DNA of 64,000 nucleotides from Candidatus Obscuribacteraceae bacterium (GTDB lineage: Bacteria > Cyanobacteriota > Vampirovibrionia > Obscuribacterales > Obscuribacteraceae): positions 256,001 through 320,000 of the forward strand of contig JBGAHS010000010.1 of the NCBI GenBank assembly GCA_044226015.1, in the 5' to 3' direction. The notes under the pieces are model-generated. The model was not told the DNA's origin. It ran no database searches and saw only the letters and a program-made list of their open reading frames with translations. The translations under genes and the position numbers were made by a program. This document shows positions 36,745 to 47,918 of the stretch, piece by piece. Position 1 is the first letter of the stretch. The number at the start of each line of letters is the position of its first letter.

Positions 36745-37554
36745 TTAGAAATCTTGCTTGGCGAATTCGTAACTGAGTCCAGTTGTGTCAGGCGTTATGT
36801 CACCCATGTAACCAAGTTTGCTGTTAGTAACACGCATTGAGCCCTGTCCAACCTTGGTTAAAGTGGTTACTGTGTTGTCCGGTCTGATGATTTCGCCGCC
36901 AGTCTCTGTAATCTTCATTGTGCCGCGCGCACCATTAGTGTATTGCACTATGAAGAGACCATCGGGCTGCTGGCAGGCGAAGGTTCCATCAAGAAATCCG
37001 CCCTGAATTCGAATACTGTTATCTGGATATTTGTAGATGTGTGAGTAGCTTCCATCAACGAACTGCGCTTCTGCGGCAATGTATGGAATGTCTGGATGGG
37101 CTGGCATCTCGTAGGGGTCTCTACCCGAAACTGAAAATGCCAGGAACATGTCTTTACCTAGGTCGCCCATTTCCATCCCCAGTTCCTTCTTCAAACCTTT
37201 GATGATAGGGTGCTTCTTCTTGCCTGGAGGAGGCGGGGGTGACTGACCTGGTGGATATTGAGCCTGGCAAACGCATTGCTTAGTGTAGAGTCCTGGCTCG
37301 GGTTTCATGCCATCATTTGTGGTGATAGTCTGCGTTGGAACGGAATCTGTTTTTGTAACCTGTCCACCAATTGTTGGCGGATTGCTTGCTCTATCTGCAG
37401 CTGCAGCAGTGTTCGTCTGTGCAAGTGCTGTGCCGCAAAAAAGAAAGAGCGAAATTAAGGGCGTAAGTCCCAAGAGGGCAAGTTTCGTCGTTCTCAGCTG
37501 TTTGGCATTATCCATAAGACTCGGCTCCGTGATGCAATACTGAAATCCTATCAA
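36745..37554 (-). CDS. Hypothetical secreted protein
   Basis: Signal-like segment ending ALA, poly-Pro stretch, beta-rich C-terminus. The start may lie downstream (MDNAKQ). Confidence 0.65.
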   Translation of the reverse strand: MIGFQYCITEPSLMDNAKQLRTTKLALLGLTPLISLFLFCGTALAQTNTAAAADRASNPPTIGGQVTKTDSVPTQTITTNDGMKPEPGLYTKQCVCQAQYPPGQSPPPPPGKKKHPIIKGLKKELGMEMGDLGKDMFLAFSVSGRDPYEMPAHPDIPYIAAEAQFVDGSYSHIYKYPDNSIRIQGGFLDGTFACQQPDGLFIVQYTNGARGTMKITETGGEIIRPDNTVTTLTKVGQGSMRVTNSKLGYMGDITPDTTGLSYEFAKQDF

Positions 37555-37652
37555 CTGCGCGCGTGTCTTTCATTGGCATCTGCTCACATCGGCGCTGGAA
37601 GTCAAGGGTGGCGCGTCTAAGTGAGTTTTAGCCGGCAGAGCTCTAGTAATTT

Positions 37653-38279
37653 TTAGCGTTGATAGGTGCAGGTAATCTGCCCCTGGTCCAGAATGTGACC
37701 TCGAAGAGCTTTCTGAAACTCGTCTTTGTTGCAATTTGCTGACAGAGCTAGCTCATTGTCTAGTGCATAAACTGTGAAGACATAATGATGCAATTTTCCT
37801 GGCGGTGGTGAAGGTCCGTTATATCCAGGCTTGCCGAAGTCGTTTTGTCCTTGCATGACACCCTGAGCCAATTTGCTTAATTTTGGAACGTTTTCGCCTA
37901 ATTCCGTAGTGTTCGGTTTGATATTGAAGACAATCCAGTGCCACCATACACCCCCCGGAGCATCAGGGTCTGAGCAGCTCACCGCGTAAGTTTTCGTTTT
38001 TGCCGGACCAGCGGTCCATTTCAAGGCTGGTGAAACGTCTTCTCCATCGCCAGAGTAGCGCTTTGCAATCTTTGCGCCTTCTTGAATGCTGCTGCTTGTC
38101 ATCTTGATCGAGCCGGAAGCTGCTGCAGGCTCTGTGGTTGAATTGAGAAGCAATGAGACCAGGCAAATTATGAAGTAACCGAAAAGACCAGAACGTCGAT
38201 TAATCACAAGGAATTTAATTGGCAGGTTCACAGTTTCTCCTTGATTCGGCAAATCAGAGTTGCTTCCATTGTCCATCAA
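37653..38279 (-). CDS. YbhB/YbcL (PEBP / Raf kinase inhibitor-like) protein
   Basis: SPALKW, DPDAP..WWHW and GPSPP..HHYVFTVYALD. Confidence 0.92.
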   Translation of the reverse strand: MMDNGSNSDLPNQGETVNLPIKFLVINRRSGLFGYFIICLVSLLLNSTTEPAAASGSIKMTSSSIQEGAKIAKRYSGDGEDVSPALKWTAGPAKTKTYAVSCSDPDAPGGVWWHWIVFNIKPNTTELGENVPKLSKLAQGVMQGQNDFGKPGYNGPSPPPGKLHHYVFTVYALDNELALSANCNKDEFQKALRGHILDQGQITCTYQR

Positions 38280-38444
38280 AAAACGAGAAGTTTAGCACGA
38301 ACAGTGCCTTCTTCTGCCGTCTGTTTGATATCATAGCGAGCTTAGGAAACCAATGCTGAGAAGCTTGAGAATTCATTCTTAATGACTTCTTTCAGTGCCG
38401 CCTGGCAGGTGGCTTCGGTTCGAACATCTCAAAGGAGAAAGCTC

Positions 38445-40100
38445 ATGTTAAGTGAATTCGCGGGAAAGCCAGCAAGACCCGAGATGTTGGTGAACATTGC
38501 CAAGCTTGTTACAGCCTACTTTAGTGATCTTCCTGATGTGTCTGTGGCTGAGCAACGAGTTGCTTTTGGAACCTCTGGTCACCGCGGCTCTGCATTCAAA
38601 AGATCATTCAATGAGCAGCATATTTTAGCCGTCACGCAGGCGATCTGTGAGTATCGTCACGCTAACAAGATCAATGGACCTCTTTATTTGGGCATCGATA
38701 CACATGCGCTTTCTGAGCCAGCCTTCGTATCTGCTTTAGAAGTTCTGGCAGCCAATGAAGTAAATGTGATGATTGATTCCGAGCGTGGATATACTCCAAC
38801 TCCGGCTGTTTCACTGGCTATTCTCGAATACAACAAAGGTCGCAGTTCTGGTCTCGCTGATGGCATTGTTGTCACACCTTCGCACAACCCACCGCAAGAT
38901 GGTGGTTTCAAATACAATCCTCCAAATGGTGGACCCGCTGACACGAACATTACAGCATGGGTCGAAGACAGAGCTAATCAGATTCTCAAAGATGGCTTGA
39001 AGGACGTTAAGAGAATATCTTTCGAGAGAGCCATGGCTGCTGGCACCACTCACAAATTTGATTTTGCAAAGTTGTACATTGACTCTTTGGCAAAAGTCGT
39101 AGATATGGAATTGATTGCGAAATCGAATGTTCATATTGGGGCAAACCCTCTCGGTGGGGCTGGCGTTGCATACTGGCCGCGCATTGCTGAGCAGTACAAG
39201 CTCAACCTGGATGTGCTTAATAAGTTGGTCGACCCAACCTTCTCATTTATGAATGTAGATTGGGATGGCAAAATTAGAATGGATTGTTCGTCACCATATG
39301 CGATGGCAGGTCTGGTTCAGCATAAGGATCAATTTGACATTGCTTGTGCAAACGACACTGACCATGACAGGCACGGCATAGTCACTCCGACGGCTGGTTT
39401 GATGAACCCAAATCATTACCTGTCAGTCGCCATCGATTATCTCTTTCAAAACCGCAACGGTTGGAACAAAGATGCGGCTATCGGCAAGACTGTCGTAAGC
39501 AGCAGTATGATTGATAGAGTTGCAAAACGTCTGGGCAGAAAACTCATCGAAGTGCCAGTCGGATTCAAGTGGTTCGTTGATGGTTTGCTCGATGGTTCTG
39601 TCGGCTTTGGTGGCGAAGAAAGTGCAGGAGCTTCTTTCTTGCGCCTTGATGGTGGCGTCTGGACAACAGACAAAGATGGCATCATCATGTGTCTGTTGGC
39701 TGCTGAAATAAAAGCGAAGACCGGGAAAAATCCATCTGAGCACTATCAAAGATTGACTCAGGAATTCGGCAGCCCAGTTTATGAGCGCATTGATGCTCCT
39801 GCGAATTCTGAGCAAAAATCAAAATTGAAGAAGCTCTCTGCTGATCAAATTACTGCTAAAGAACTTGCCGGTGAGAAGATCATTAGCAAGCTGACCGAGG
39901 CACCAGGCAACCATTCTGCAATAGGTGGGCTGAAAGTGGTAACCGAAAATGGCTGGTTTGCTGCGCGTCCATCAGGTACTGAAGACGTTTACAAAATCTA
40001 CGCGGAGAGTTTCCTTGGCCAAGAACATTTGAAGAAATTGCAATCGGAAGCTCAGGAATTGGTTACCTCTGTACTGAGCCCTGCTCCGCAGCGAAGTTAA
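38445..40100 (+). CDS. pgm: Phosphoglucomutase (glucose-1,6-bisphosphate-dependent)
   Basis: [28 protein letters not shown] and RPSGTE. AGGAG precedes ATG 38445. Confidence 0.96.
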   Translation: MLSEFAGKPARPEMLVNIAKLVTAYFSDLPDVSVAEQRVAFGTSGHRGSAFKRSFNEQHILAVTQAICEYRHANKINGPLYLGIDTHALSEPAFVSALEVLAANEVNVMIDSERGYTPTPAVSLAILEYNKGRSSGLADGIVVTPSHNPPQDGGFKYNPPNGGPADTNITAWVEDRANQILKDGLKDVKRISFERAMAAGTTHKFDFAKLYIDSLAKVVDMELIAKSNVHIGANPLGGAGVAYWPRIAEQYKLNLDVLNKLVDPTFSFMNVDWDGKIRMDCSSPYAMAGLVQHKDQFDIACANDTDHDRHGIVTPTAGLMNPNHYLSVAIDYLFQNRNGWNKDAAIGKTVVSSSMIDRVAKRLGRKLIEVPVGFKWFVDGLLDGSVGFGGEESAGASFLRLDGGVWTTDKDGIIMCLLAAEIKAKTGKNPSEHYQRLTQEFGSPVYERIDAPANSEQKSKLKKLSADQITAKELAGEKIISKLTEAPGNHSAIGGLKVVTENGWFAARPSGTEDVYKIYAESFLGQEHLKKLQSEAQELVTSVLSPAPQRS

Positions 40101-40207
40101 TCATCGAAGCAGAGCAGAGTATCGAAGCGAAGCAGCAAAGCCGTGAAGCGAAGTAAAAGAAGCGTATCTGTGTTTTAGCGCTTCAAGGTAACGTGATAAA
40201 TATGCTG

Positions 40208-40240
40208 AGAAGCGCAGTTCTATGAGCTGCGCTTTTCTGT
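40208..40240 (+). terminator. Rho-independent terminator after pgm
   Basis: AGCGCAGTTC-TAT-GAGCTGCGCT followed by a T-rich tract. Confidence 0.7.
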
Positions 40241-40479
40241 TTCCAATTAGTGTGAACGAAACTTTGAGTCAAATTCTTTCAGATCCAGTCTCATTGGCTT
40301 TATCGGTAATGGATATTTATTGTATATCCCTGCTTTGCGCCTAATCTTCAATGAATTTCTTTTTGCTTGCCCGTTTTCCTTGTGCTGCCTCAATTCCTTG
40401 TCAGTAACTCTCTTGCAATGCTGCGCAAAGCTCTCATTTCTGCTAAAACTTGCACCGTCAGGTATGCAGGAGACGGTTC

Positions 40480-42435
40480 ATGAAAAGGCTGAGCAAGGTT
40501 GCTTCGAGTGTGGTTTTCTCAAATAAGATAGCCATACTTCTATCTTTGTCTTTAACTTTCTCTGCTTTCACAATTTTGCCTTCTGATGCTGCAGGTAAAG
40601 CTCCCGCAGGCTCTAAAGCGAGCATGTCGAAGACGACCGTAGTTCGCAAAAAGATTATGCCAGCGTTCAGAGATAGATTGTTTCAAGGCAAACTCACTGC
40701 AACAGATGCGAAAGGTGAGCAAGCGCTTTTGAACGCAAAATTTGATGATGCCGCGGATGCCTTTCGTAAATCACTGAACACTAATTCGAAAAATACTACG
40801 GCGCTGACAGGGCTCGGTTTTGCTCTGGCTTCGCAATTTAAATTGGATGGTGCCGATCAACAATTCAATAAAGCAATTGCTGTTGATCCCAACTTTCCTC
40901 TTGCTCACGTTGGCAAAGCGTATGTCATTTTGAATCGCTTGCAGTCGTCTTCGATGACAGTAATTAAGCAAAAAAACAGCCTTCTGGCTGCGGCAGAGAG
41001 TGAATGTCGTCGCGCACTTAAGAAAGATTCTGGAATGCCGGAAGCGCTTGCGGTATTAGGCATGGTGCAGAAGGAACAGGGACGCTTGCCGGAAGCTGTG
41101 GCAAGTTACAGCCAGGCTATTAGTGGTGACCCCAAGTATGGTCACGTTTATGCTCAACGAGGTTTAGTTGAGCTACAGATGAATGAAATTGGCGCAGCCG
41201 AAAGTGATTTCAAGCAAGCAATTCAGTTGCGTAGCTCTGACTCTACTGCGCATTTCGGGTTGGGTCGAGTATTGCTGGTAAAAGGAGATGCAAATTCTGC
41301 GCTCAAAGAGCTGAATACTGCCCTTTATCTAAACCCCAACAGCGCACCAGTGCAGACGGCACTGGGCGATGCTTACAGAATGCAAAAGAATTACAATGCA
41401 GCTATCAATGCGTATCAGAAAGCGATTCTTATAAAATCGGAAAACGAGCAAGCCTATTTGAATCTCTCTGACATCAGAGAGGAACGCGGAGACATGGAGC
41501 TTGCCTTAGCGGAGCTTCGTGCTGGAATCGAACTCAACAAAAATAGCGTGCCTCTGCATATGCGAGTAGGTGATATTTGTCTCAAGCTTGAGAAGACCGA
41601 CCTCGCGCTCAAAGAATATCAAACAGTACTGCAGTTAGACCCTTCAAATGCAGAAGCCGTAAAAGGCATGGTGCGCTCCTATGTTATTAAGGCGCAGAAG
41701 GAAGCTACTGGTGCTTTCTTTATGTCCAATAATTATGAAGCTGCTGAAGGAATGATTCAACAAGCCATAGCGATGAATCCCAATGACATGGAATTGCGAC
41801 TGATTGATGCAAAGTTTCGTTCAATGTCAGGAAAGCAAGTTGACCTCTCCAAATTAGGAACACCAACAAGTGATCCCGAGAGAATCACGTACGCAGAAGC
41901 ATTAACTGCACAGTTTCGCTTTGACGAAGCAGCTCAAATGATGGCCGGTGTTATAAATAATACGAACGATGCGAAGCAACTGCTGGCGGTGGCAGATATT
42001 TCATTGATGAATAAGGACCTGGACAGCGCACAAGCTGCATATCAGAAAGCATCGATGATGCCAGATGTTTCTGCGCGGGCTCGCCGCGGGCTCGATGCTG
42101 TAGCAAAAGCAAAAGATGATGCACAGAAAGAACTCAATTTCGCAAACGATTTAGCAAAGAGAAAACAACTTGCTAGCGGCATAGACAAATACAGAAACGC
42201 TGCTTATCTGAACCCTCGTCTGGCAGATGCTCATCTTGGGCTAGCCGAAGCGCTTAAAAAGTTCCTCTCCAAAAATCCACCTTCCCTGCGTGAAGCTGCA
42301 CTTCACTATCGTGCCTATGTCAGCCTGACACCAGGAATGCCTGAAAAGGAGAAGGAAAAATACTATAAGCTGGCTGCTAAGTTAGAAGAGAAAGCTTACA
42401 AAATTGAGAGAAAGCAAAAATACGAGGACGACTAA
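40480..42435 (+). CDS. Exported multi-TPR protein
   Basis: Signal-like segment and many TPR helices (AHFGLG..., ALGDAY...). AGGAG precedes ATG 40480. Confidence 0.88.
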   Translation: MKRLSKVASSVVFSNKIAILLSLSLTFSAFTILPSDAAGKAPAGSKASMSKTTVVRKKIMPAFRDRLFQGKLTATDAKGEQALLNAKFDDAADAFRKSLNTNSKNTTALTGLGFALASQFKLDGADQQFNKAIAVDPNFPLAHVGKAYVILNRLQSSSMTVIKQKNSLLAAAESECRRALKKDSGMPEALAVLGMVQKEQGRLPEAVASYSQAISGDPKYGHVYAQRGLVELQMNEIGAAESDFKQAIQLRSSDSTAHFGLGRVLLVKGDANSALKELNTALYLNPNSAPVQTALGDAYRMQKNYNAAINAYQKAILIKSENEQAYLNLSDIREERGDMELALAELRAGIELNKNSVPLHMRVGDICLKLEKTDLALKEYQTVLQLDPSNAEAVKGMVRSYVIKAQKEATGAFFMSNNYEAAEGMIQQAIAMNPNDMELRLIDAKFRSMSGKQVDLSKLGTPTSDPERITYAEALTAQFRFDEAAQMMAGVINNTNDAKQLLAVADISLMNKDLDSAQAAYQKASMMPDVSARARRGLDAVAKAKDDAQKELNFANDLAKRKQLASGIDKYRNAAYLNPRLADAHLGLAEALKKFLSKNPPSLREAALHYRAYVSLTPGMPEKEKEKYYKLAAKLEEKAYKIERKQKYEDD

Positions 42436-42467
42436 AGTTTTGCAAACTCCTCAATTCAGGTAACACC

Positions 42468-43160
42468 TTGATGGCAAACCAGACCTTGTCAAAACGTGTC
42501 GTTGCATTTGTGCGCGAGCAACTTGAGTCTCATGCTGATTCTGCTAAAGCAGTAGAGATGGCTGCATACATGAAAACAACTATGCCATTCTATGGGGTTC
42601 AGAAGCCTCAGCGAGTGCCCATTCTTCGAAGCTTGAAGAAGGAGTTCAGACCCTCTGATTTGTCGGAGTATCAGGACAGTGTTCTCGCTTTATGGAAGCA
42701 AAAGCATAGAGAGGAAAAGTACTGCGCCATTAACTATGCAAGCATGTTTTCACAGTTTATAGTGCTAGATTCTCTGCCATTGTATGAGGAGATGATCCGC
42801 TCAGGTTCCTGGTGGGACTTCGTCGACCCCATCTCGGCAGATCTTGTTGGAACGCTTCTTCTGGACGAAAGAAAGCGCATGACACCTGTCATGCGAAGGT
42901 GGTCCAAAGATTCCGATTTCTGGATCAGAAGAGCTTCCCTACTTTCACATCTTCATCATAAGAGCGAGACCGACGAGTCTCTCTTGTACGAATCGTGCTT
43001 GCTGCTTGCAGATGAGACCGAATTTTTCATTCGTAAAGGAATGGGATGGGCTCTGCGCGAATACAGCAAATCAAATCCGAAGTCAGTGCGCGCCTTTGTC
43101 CAGAAAAACAAGAACAAGTTCTCTTCTTTGACGTTGAGGGAAGCAAGCAAGTACATTTAG
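42468..43160 (+). CDS. AlkD-like DNA alkylation repair protein
   Basis: MAAYMK..FYGV, REE, WWDFVD, FWIRR and EFFIRKGMGWALREYSK. Confidence 0.88.
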   Translation: MMANQTLSKRVVAFVREQLESHADSAKAVEMAAYMKTTMPFYGVQKPQRVPILRSLKKEFRPSDLSEYQDSVLALWKQKHREEKYCAINYASMFSQFIVLDSLPLYEEMIRSGSWWDFVDPISADLVGTLLLDERKRMTPVMRRWSKDSDFWIRRASLLSHLHHKSETDESLLYESCLLLADETEFFIRKGMGWALREYSKSNPKSVRAFVQKNKNKFSSLTLREASKYI

Positions 43161-43424
43161 TGCAGTTGAATCTGCGTTTTAGTTGAATCTGTCTCATTGA
43201 TTCGACAAATCGCAAGTAACTTATCCTTCAGTTTTGTGTAGAGGAATCTGGGCAATACCTTCTGAGTTCCTGTATTTAAGTCAAAGCGCTCCGATAACTC
43301 TTGTTATGGTCAGAAGTAAAGTGCCAGAGATACTGAACTTTTGATGATTAGTTTCGTTCATTCAAATTAATCAGCAGACAATGGAAACAGATGTTCTGGT
43401 TTAGGCCACACAAAGGAGAGTTTC

Positions 43425-43934
43425 ATGAGCGAATTGGTTGTCATTGGATACGATGATGTGCATAAGGCAGAAGAGGTTCGCCTGACACTTATTAAGCTGC
43501 AGAAAGAGTATCTAATCGATTTAGAAGATGCTGTTATCGCAGTTAAAAAGCCTGATGGGAAGATCAAACTTCATCAGATGTGGGATGCCACCTCATATGG
43601 TGCTGTAAGCGGAACCTTCTGGGGCATGCTAATTGGTGCGTTGTTCTTGAGCCCATTTTTTGGAGCAGCGATTGGTGCTGCGTCTGGTGCTATTTCAGGT
43701 GCGTTGACAGACGTTGGAATCAATGACGATTTCATGAAACAACTTTCTGAAGCACTAAAACCGGGTAGCTCGGCTCTATTCGTTCTTATCAGAAAAGTGA
43801 CTCTGGATAAAGTTCTTGAAGAACTCAAAGGCACAGGCGGAACAGTAATAAAGACTTCTCTCAATCACGAAAATGAAGAGAAGTTGCAGGCTGCACTCAA
43901 CGAAGTGAAGAATACCGCAGTTTCTCCAGTATAA
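43425..43934 (+). CDS. DUF1269-family membrane protein
   Basis: DAVIAVK..G, glycine-zipper TMs and DVGINDDF..PGSSALF. Confidence 0.85.
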   Translation: MSELVVIGYDDVHKAEEVRLTLIKLQKEYLIDLEDAVIAVKKPDGKIKLHQMWDATSYGAVSGTFWGMLIGALFLSPFFGAAIGAASGAISGALTDVGINDDFMKQLSEALKPGSSALFVLIRKVTLDKVLEELKGTGGTVIKTSLNHENEEKLQAALNEVKNTAVSPV

Positions 43935-43952
43935 GTTCGGAATGCAAAAGAG

Positions 43953-43986
43953 AACGAGGGGAAGCGGGCTGGCTTCCCCTCGTTTT
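43953..43986. terminator. Hairpin terminator
   Basis: AACGAGGGGAAGC-GGGCTG-GCTTCCCCTCGTT. Confidence 0.8.
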
Positions 43987-44060
43987 CATAAGAAATTTCA
44001 GAATCAAGCGAAGAGAGTCGTCGACGAATCATGCTGATTTGCATATTCGGAAATCGCTCT

Positions 44061-44537
44061 TTACTCCTCGCTATCAATTTCCTGAGCTGCAGGCGGAAAT
44101 TTTACAGGAATTGAAACCAGGGAGATTGATTCTTCCCCAAGCGAATATTCTACTTCCAAAACTGTGTCTTGCGCGTTTTCGAAATCCATGCACATGCATG
44201 TAGATTGCACCACAGCTGTTCCATGAGTTTGTCCGACCCGCATCTCGCATGGTGCCAAGTGTTTGCTTTCGTACCCGTATTCTGGGAAGCGTGTTATGCA
44301 AGTTATGTCCGACGATAGGCGCTCGGTGGCGTCGAAACGTTCCACATGCAAAGACAATCGTACATTCTCAAGTGCGTGAGCAAGATGGCTCTCTCTGCCA
44401 ATCACAGGTGTTAAAGTTGCCGCGAGTAGTTTAACAGCAATACCGTTTTGGTGAATGCTTAACGGACCATACCTGGTAGGGGTGTCTGGTGGCAATGGCT
44501 GAACTGATGATGCTTTGGTTGGCTTTGATTTCTTCAT
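44061..44537 (-). CDS. Hypothetical protein
   Basis: 158-aa ORF filling an otherwise empty interval; no motif recognised. Confidence 0.5.
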   Translation of the reverse strand: MKKSKPTKASSVQPLPPDTPTRYGPLSIHQNGIAVKLLAATLTPVIGRESHLAHALENVRLSLHVERFDATERLSSDITCITRFPEYGYESKHLAPCEMRVGQTHGTAVVQSTCMCMDFENAQDTVLEVEYSLGEESISLVSIPVKFPPAAQEIDSEE

Positions 44538-44840
44538 ATGTCATGCTCTTCTAATTTATGCTCTACTTCAATGAGGCTAGTGTACCACTCCTCTTCTATT
44601 ACTCCCGGTCAATCCTCGCTTTCTGCGTGCCCTATCTATATGAAAGCAGCGATAATCCGTGGAAATTGATCGCAATAATTAGACCTCTGAGTATGCAGCA
44701 TCAGTTCGTTCACAGAATCTGAGCCCAGCTTGCGAAGTGAGTTTATTAAGATTCGTGAGTTTCGCAATCAAGGCAGGTCCTGCCGTAATAAAGGCTGCGA
44801 CCGACTGTTGGCCCGCGCGTTGAAGACTATCTTGTGATAG

Positions 44841-45788
44841 CTAGATTTTGTCGTAAGCCTCATCCACAGCATTCAAAAGTGCATTCAAAATGCCCGGCTC
44901 ATCATAGGCATGTCCTGCATCAGGAATGATTTGCATCTTCGCTTCCGGAAATGCCTTGTGAAGATCCCACGCGTTTTTGACAGGGCAAACTACATCGTAT
45001 CTTCCGTGAACTATCCACGTTGGAATTTTGCGAATCTTGTCCACATTCCGAATCAATTGATCTTCTGAGAACCAGCAATCGTGAATGAAATAGTGGCATT
45101 CAATTCTTGCCATAGCAAGCGCCTTCATGTCAGATTCGAATGAGCTGATGGTGTCAAGATCTGGTATCAGTTTGCATGTTGAACCTTCCCAGATGCTCCA
45201 AGCCTTTGCCGCTTCGAGCTTTTTCTTTTCGTCTTTTCCATCCAGAAGTTCGTAATACGCTTTCACCATTTCATGCCTGCGATCAACCGGAATTGGTTTG
45301 ATGTAATCTTCCCAAAAATCTGGAAATAGCAAATCGATTCCGCCCTGGTAGAACCATTCGATTTCCTCTGGACGACAGAGGAAGATGCCGCGCAAAATCA
45401 ATCCGCTAACGCTTTCCGGATGTGTTTCGGAATAGGCGAGCGCTAGCGTACTGCCCCAGGAGCCTCCGAACACCAGCCACTTCTCAATTTTGAGATGCTT
45501 TCGAAGCAACTCGAGATCATTGACGAGGTGCCATGTTGTGTTGTCTTGAAGCGATGCGTGCGGTGTGCTCTTTCCCGAACCTCGCTGATCAAGCAAAATG
45601 ATGCGATATTTTGTTGGATCGAATAAGCGTCTGTGTTTGACTGAGAAGCCACCTCCGGGTCCGCCATGCAAAAATACTACCGGCTTTCCTTGTGGATTTC
45701 CCACCTCTTCGACGTAGAGTTTGTGCGGTTCATCCACGGAAAGAAAAAATGTGTTGTAGGGCTCGATTTCCGGATAGAGATTTCTCAT
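44841..45788 (-). CDS. pip: Proline iminopeptidase (S33)
   Basis: LHGGPGG, DQRGSG, GGSWGST, GRYDVVCP and AGH. Confidence 0.95.
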   Translation of the reverse strand: MRNLYPEIEPYNTFFLSVDEPHKLYVEEVGNPQGKPVVFLHGGPGGGFSVKHRRLFDPTKYRIILLDQRGSGKSTPHASLQDNTTWHLVNDLELLRKHLKIEKWLVFGGSWGSTLALAYSETHPESVSGLILRGIFLCRPEEIEWFYQGGIDLLFPDFWEDYIKPIPVDRRHEMVKAYYELLDGKDEKKKLEAAKAWSIWEGSTCKLIPDLDTISSFESDMKALAMARIECHYFIHDCWFSEDQLIRNVDKIRKIPTWIVHGRYDVVCPVKNAWDLHKAFPEAKMQIIPDAGHAYDEPGILNALLNAVDEAYDKI

Positions 45789-45913
45789 TTCGATGGGGCT
45801 TCCTCATGATTTCATCTGCAATGTCGGCGACTAGTATAGCGCAGGAGATTGCAGCTTTTGGAACCGCTCGAGCTCAGTTGCGTCTTCAAGAGCACAAATT
45901 GGAGGAATCAACA

Positions 45914-46204
45914 ATGAAAAAGCTAGCAATCAGCGCCTTCGCATTGCTTAGCATGATGATGACGTGCAGTAATGCAGCGCTTGCAGGTTTCGATTGGAAG
46001 GAAGGCTACACAAGAATTAGCCGAGGTACTGCTCACCGAATTGCTTTGACACAAGCGCACGGTTACATCAAAAACTCTGACCTCGATATGAGAGACGGAA
46101 GACCTCGTTGGAAAGTACAGGTTCGTGGTGCTTTCGGCGAAGACAGCGATGTGTTCATAGATGCAATGACCGGAGCTATCATCGGTGTGAAGTATAAGGG
46201 CTAA
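45914..46204 (+). CDS. Secreted PepSY-domain protein
   Basis: GGAGG before ATG 45914, a signal peptide and the C-terminal motif VFIDAMTGAII. Confidence 0.85.
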   Translation: MKKLAISAFALLSMMMTCSNAALAGFDWKEGYTRISRGTAHRIALTQAHGYIKNSDLDMRDGRPRWKVQVRGAFGEDSDVFIDAMTGAIIGVKYKG

Positions 46205-46239
46205 GTTCCCTGCGTTGCACCTGAATTCAATAAGAAAGA

Positions 46240-46267
46240 AGAGGGACAAGCTTTAGCTTGCCCCTCT
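46240..46267. terminator. Hairpin between convergent genes
   Basis: AGAGGGACAAGC-TTTA-GCTTGCCCCTCT. Confidence 0.6.
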
Positions 46268-46303
46268 CGTGTTTTGTTTATTTGAGCCAGGCGCTCGGTC
46301 TGG

Positions 46304-47299
46304 CTATCCGTCCTGATTTATTTTTTCGATCAGTTCTTTCAACACTTCGTCAGCCTTGTCATTTTCAATCTGGCAAGTTCCTGCTTTTTCGTGTCCACCT
46401 CCGCCATACTTGAGACAGAGTTCACCTACGTTGGTCTTAGAACCACGATCAATAATGGATTTTCCGATTGCAAACACTGTGTTTTGTTGCTTAAGTCCCC
46501 ACAAAATGTGAATCGAAATATTGCACTCTGGATGCATCGCGTAAATCATGAAGCGGTTGCCGGCATGAATTACTTCTTCATTTTTCAAGTTCAAGATGAT
46601 CAGATTCTTGTGAATCGTGGAGCAACGCTCGACTTGTTCTTTGAAGAGTTCTGCCTGCTGGGTATACAACTCCACACGCTCTTGTACGTCAGGCATCTTC
46701 ATGATTTCATCAATGTCGTGGTCCTTACAGTAATCGATAAGGTCCATCATCAAATTGTAGTTAGAGATTCTGAAATTGCGGAAGCGACCGAGACCAGTGC
46801 GTGGGTCCATCAAATAATTCAGTAGAACCCATCCCTGAGGATTCAAAATCTCATCCTTGCTGAATTGCGCCGCGTCAGCTTTATCGACTTCTTCCATCAT
46901 CAGGTTCCAGCGTGCTGGAAAGGTTTTCAGCCCACCATAGTAGTCGTAAACAACTCGAGCAGCCGACATCGCTTCTGGATGAATTATGTGATTTGATTTC
47001 TGGTCTTTGTTTCGGATGGTTTCGCTGAGATGGTGGTCGAAAGCCAGGTGCACCCCATCGACGTAAGGAAGGTTTGTTGTGATGTCTCGGTCTGATATCT
47101 GAATTTTCCCGTCCTGCATATCTTTCGGGTGAACGAAGAGAATGTCATCAATCATGTCCATGTGCTTCAATAGGACTGCACAGACTAATCCGTCAAAGTC
47201 GCTACGTGTGACCAAACGATACTTTGTGGCACTTTTCACGGCTTCCGGTGTTTGATTTAAGCTCGTCATTGCTTCGATTTGCCTCTTTCCTCGGGACAT
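46304..47299 (-). CDS. DHH-family phosphoesterase (NrnB/exopolyphosphatase-like)
   Basis: RSDFDG, AFDHH and GGGGH...AG. Confidence 0.85.
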   Translation of the reverse strand: MSRGKRQIEAMTSLNQTPEAVKSATKYRLVTRSDFDGLVCAVLLKHMDMIDDILFVHPKDMQDGKIQISDRDITTNLPYVDGVHLAFDHHLSETIRNKDQKSNHIIHPEAMSAARVVYDYYGGLKTFPARWNLMMEEVDKADAAQFSKDEILNPQGWVLLNYLMDPRTGLGRFRNFRISNYNLMMDLIDYCKDHDIDEIMKMPDVQERVELYTQQAELFKEQVERCSTIHKNLIILNLKNEEVIHAGNRFMIYAMHPECNISIHILWGLKQQNTVFAIGKSIIDRGSKTNVGELCLKYGGGGHEKAGTCQIENDKADEVLKELIEKINQDG

Positions 47300-47407
47300 C
47301 TCATATAGTGTGCCCGGCGGAAAAGACTTTTTCTCGTCTGCCTCGAAAACTTGTAATGAATTTGTGCCAGCCTCTCGGGCGGTTTCAATAGCCTGTAGCA
47401 GCGGTTT

Positions 47408-47890
47408 CTAGAGTCCCCAGGCAATCCATGAATCCGGGAAAGTCTTGTTCATCAGCCGCATATAGACTACCCATTGTCCATGATGCAAGGTTTCGTGCGC
47501 CACAAGCCGCATCATATGCTCGAAAACATTGACCTTTTCACCAAACCAGTCCATATCGTCGGTCCAATCGAGCTTGTCCAGAGATTCGAAAAGGGAATCG
47601 TCGAGTCTGCGAAGGTAAGCCTGCAGCCATTTTTTAGATGGACCCTGGTCGTAACTTTTGCCTTCAGGAGAAAAGTCGACTATTCCCGTGTTCAATGCCT
47701 CGATGTAACATTCTTGAACCCTGCCGACGTGCCTGAATTGCTTCCAGAAAGCCCCAAGTTGAGGACCTGGCAAAAAGAGCAAATCAGAGCTGCTCATTTC
47801 CTCAAGCAAGTCTAGCGTGAGCCCTCGAGAGAATTTCCAGGCAGAACCAAATGTAAGTGCATGGTTGAACTCAGTCGAATTCATCGCCAT
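47408..47890 (-). CDS. DinB-family protein
   Basis: Helical protein with QFRH and HETLHHGQ His motifs. Confidence 0.8.
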   Translation of the reverse strand: MAMNSTEFNHALTFGSAWKFSRGLTLDLLEEMSSSDLLFLPGPQLGAFWKQFRHVGRVQECYIEALNTGIVDFSPEGKSYDQGPSKKWLQAYLRRLDDSLFESLDKLDWTDDMDWFGEKVNVFEHMMRLVAHETLHHGQWVVYMRLMNKTFPDSWIAWGL

Positions 47891-47918
47891 TCCTTTGCGA
47901 CGCTAGAGCGTTGCCTGT

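Noticed and set aside
45692..45913. Extended N-terminus of the PepSY ORF
   Set aside because: It overlaps the divergent pip start; GGAGG and a signal peptide support ATG 45914.
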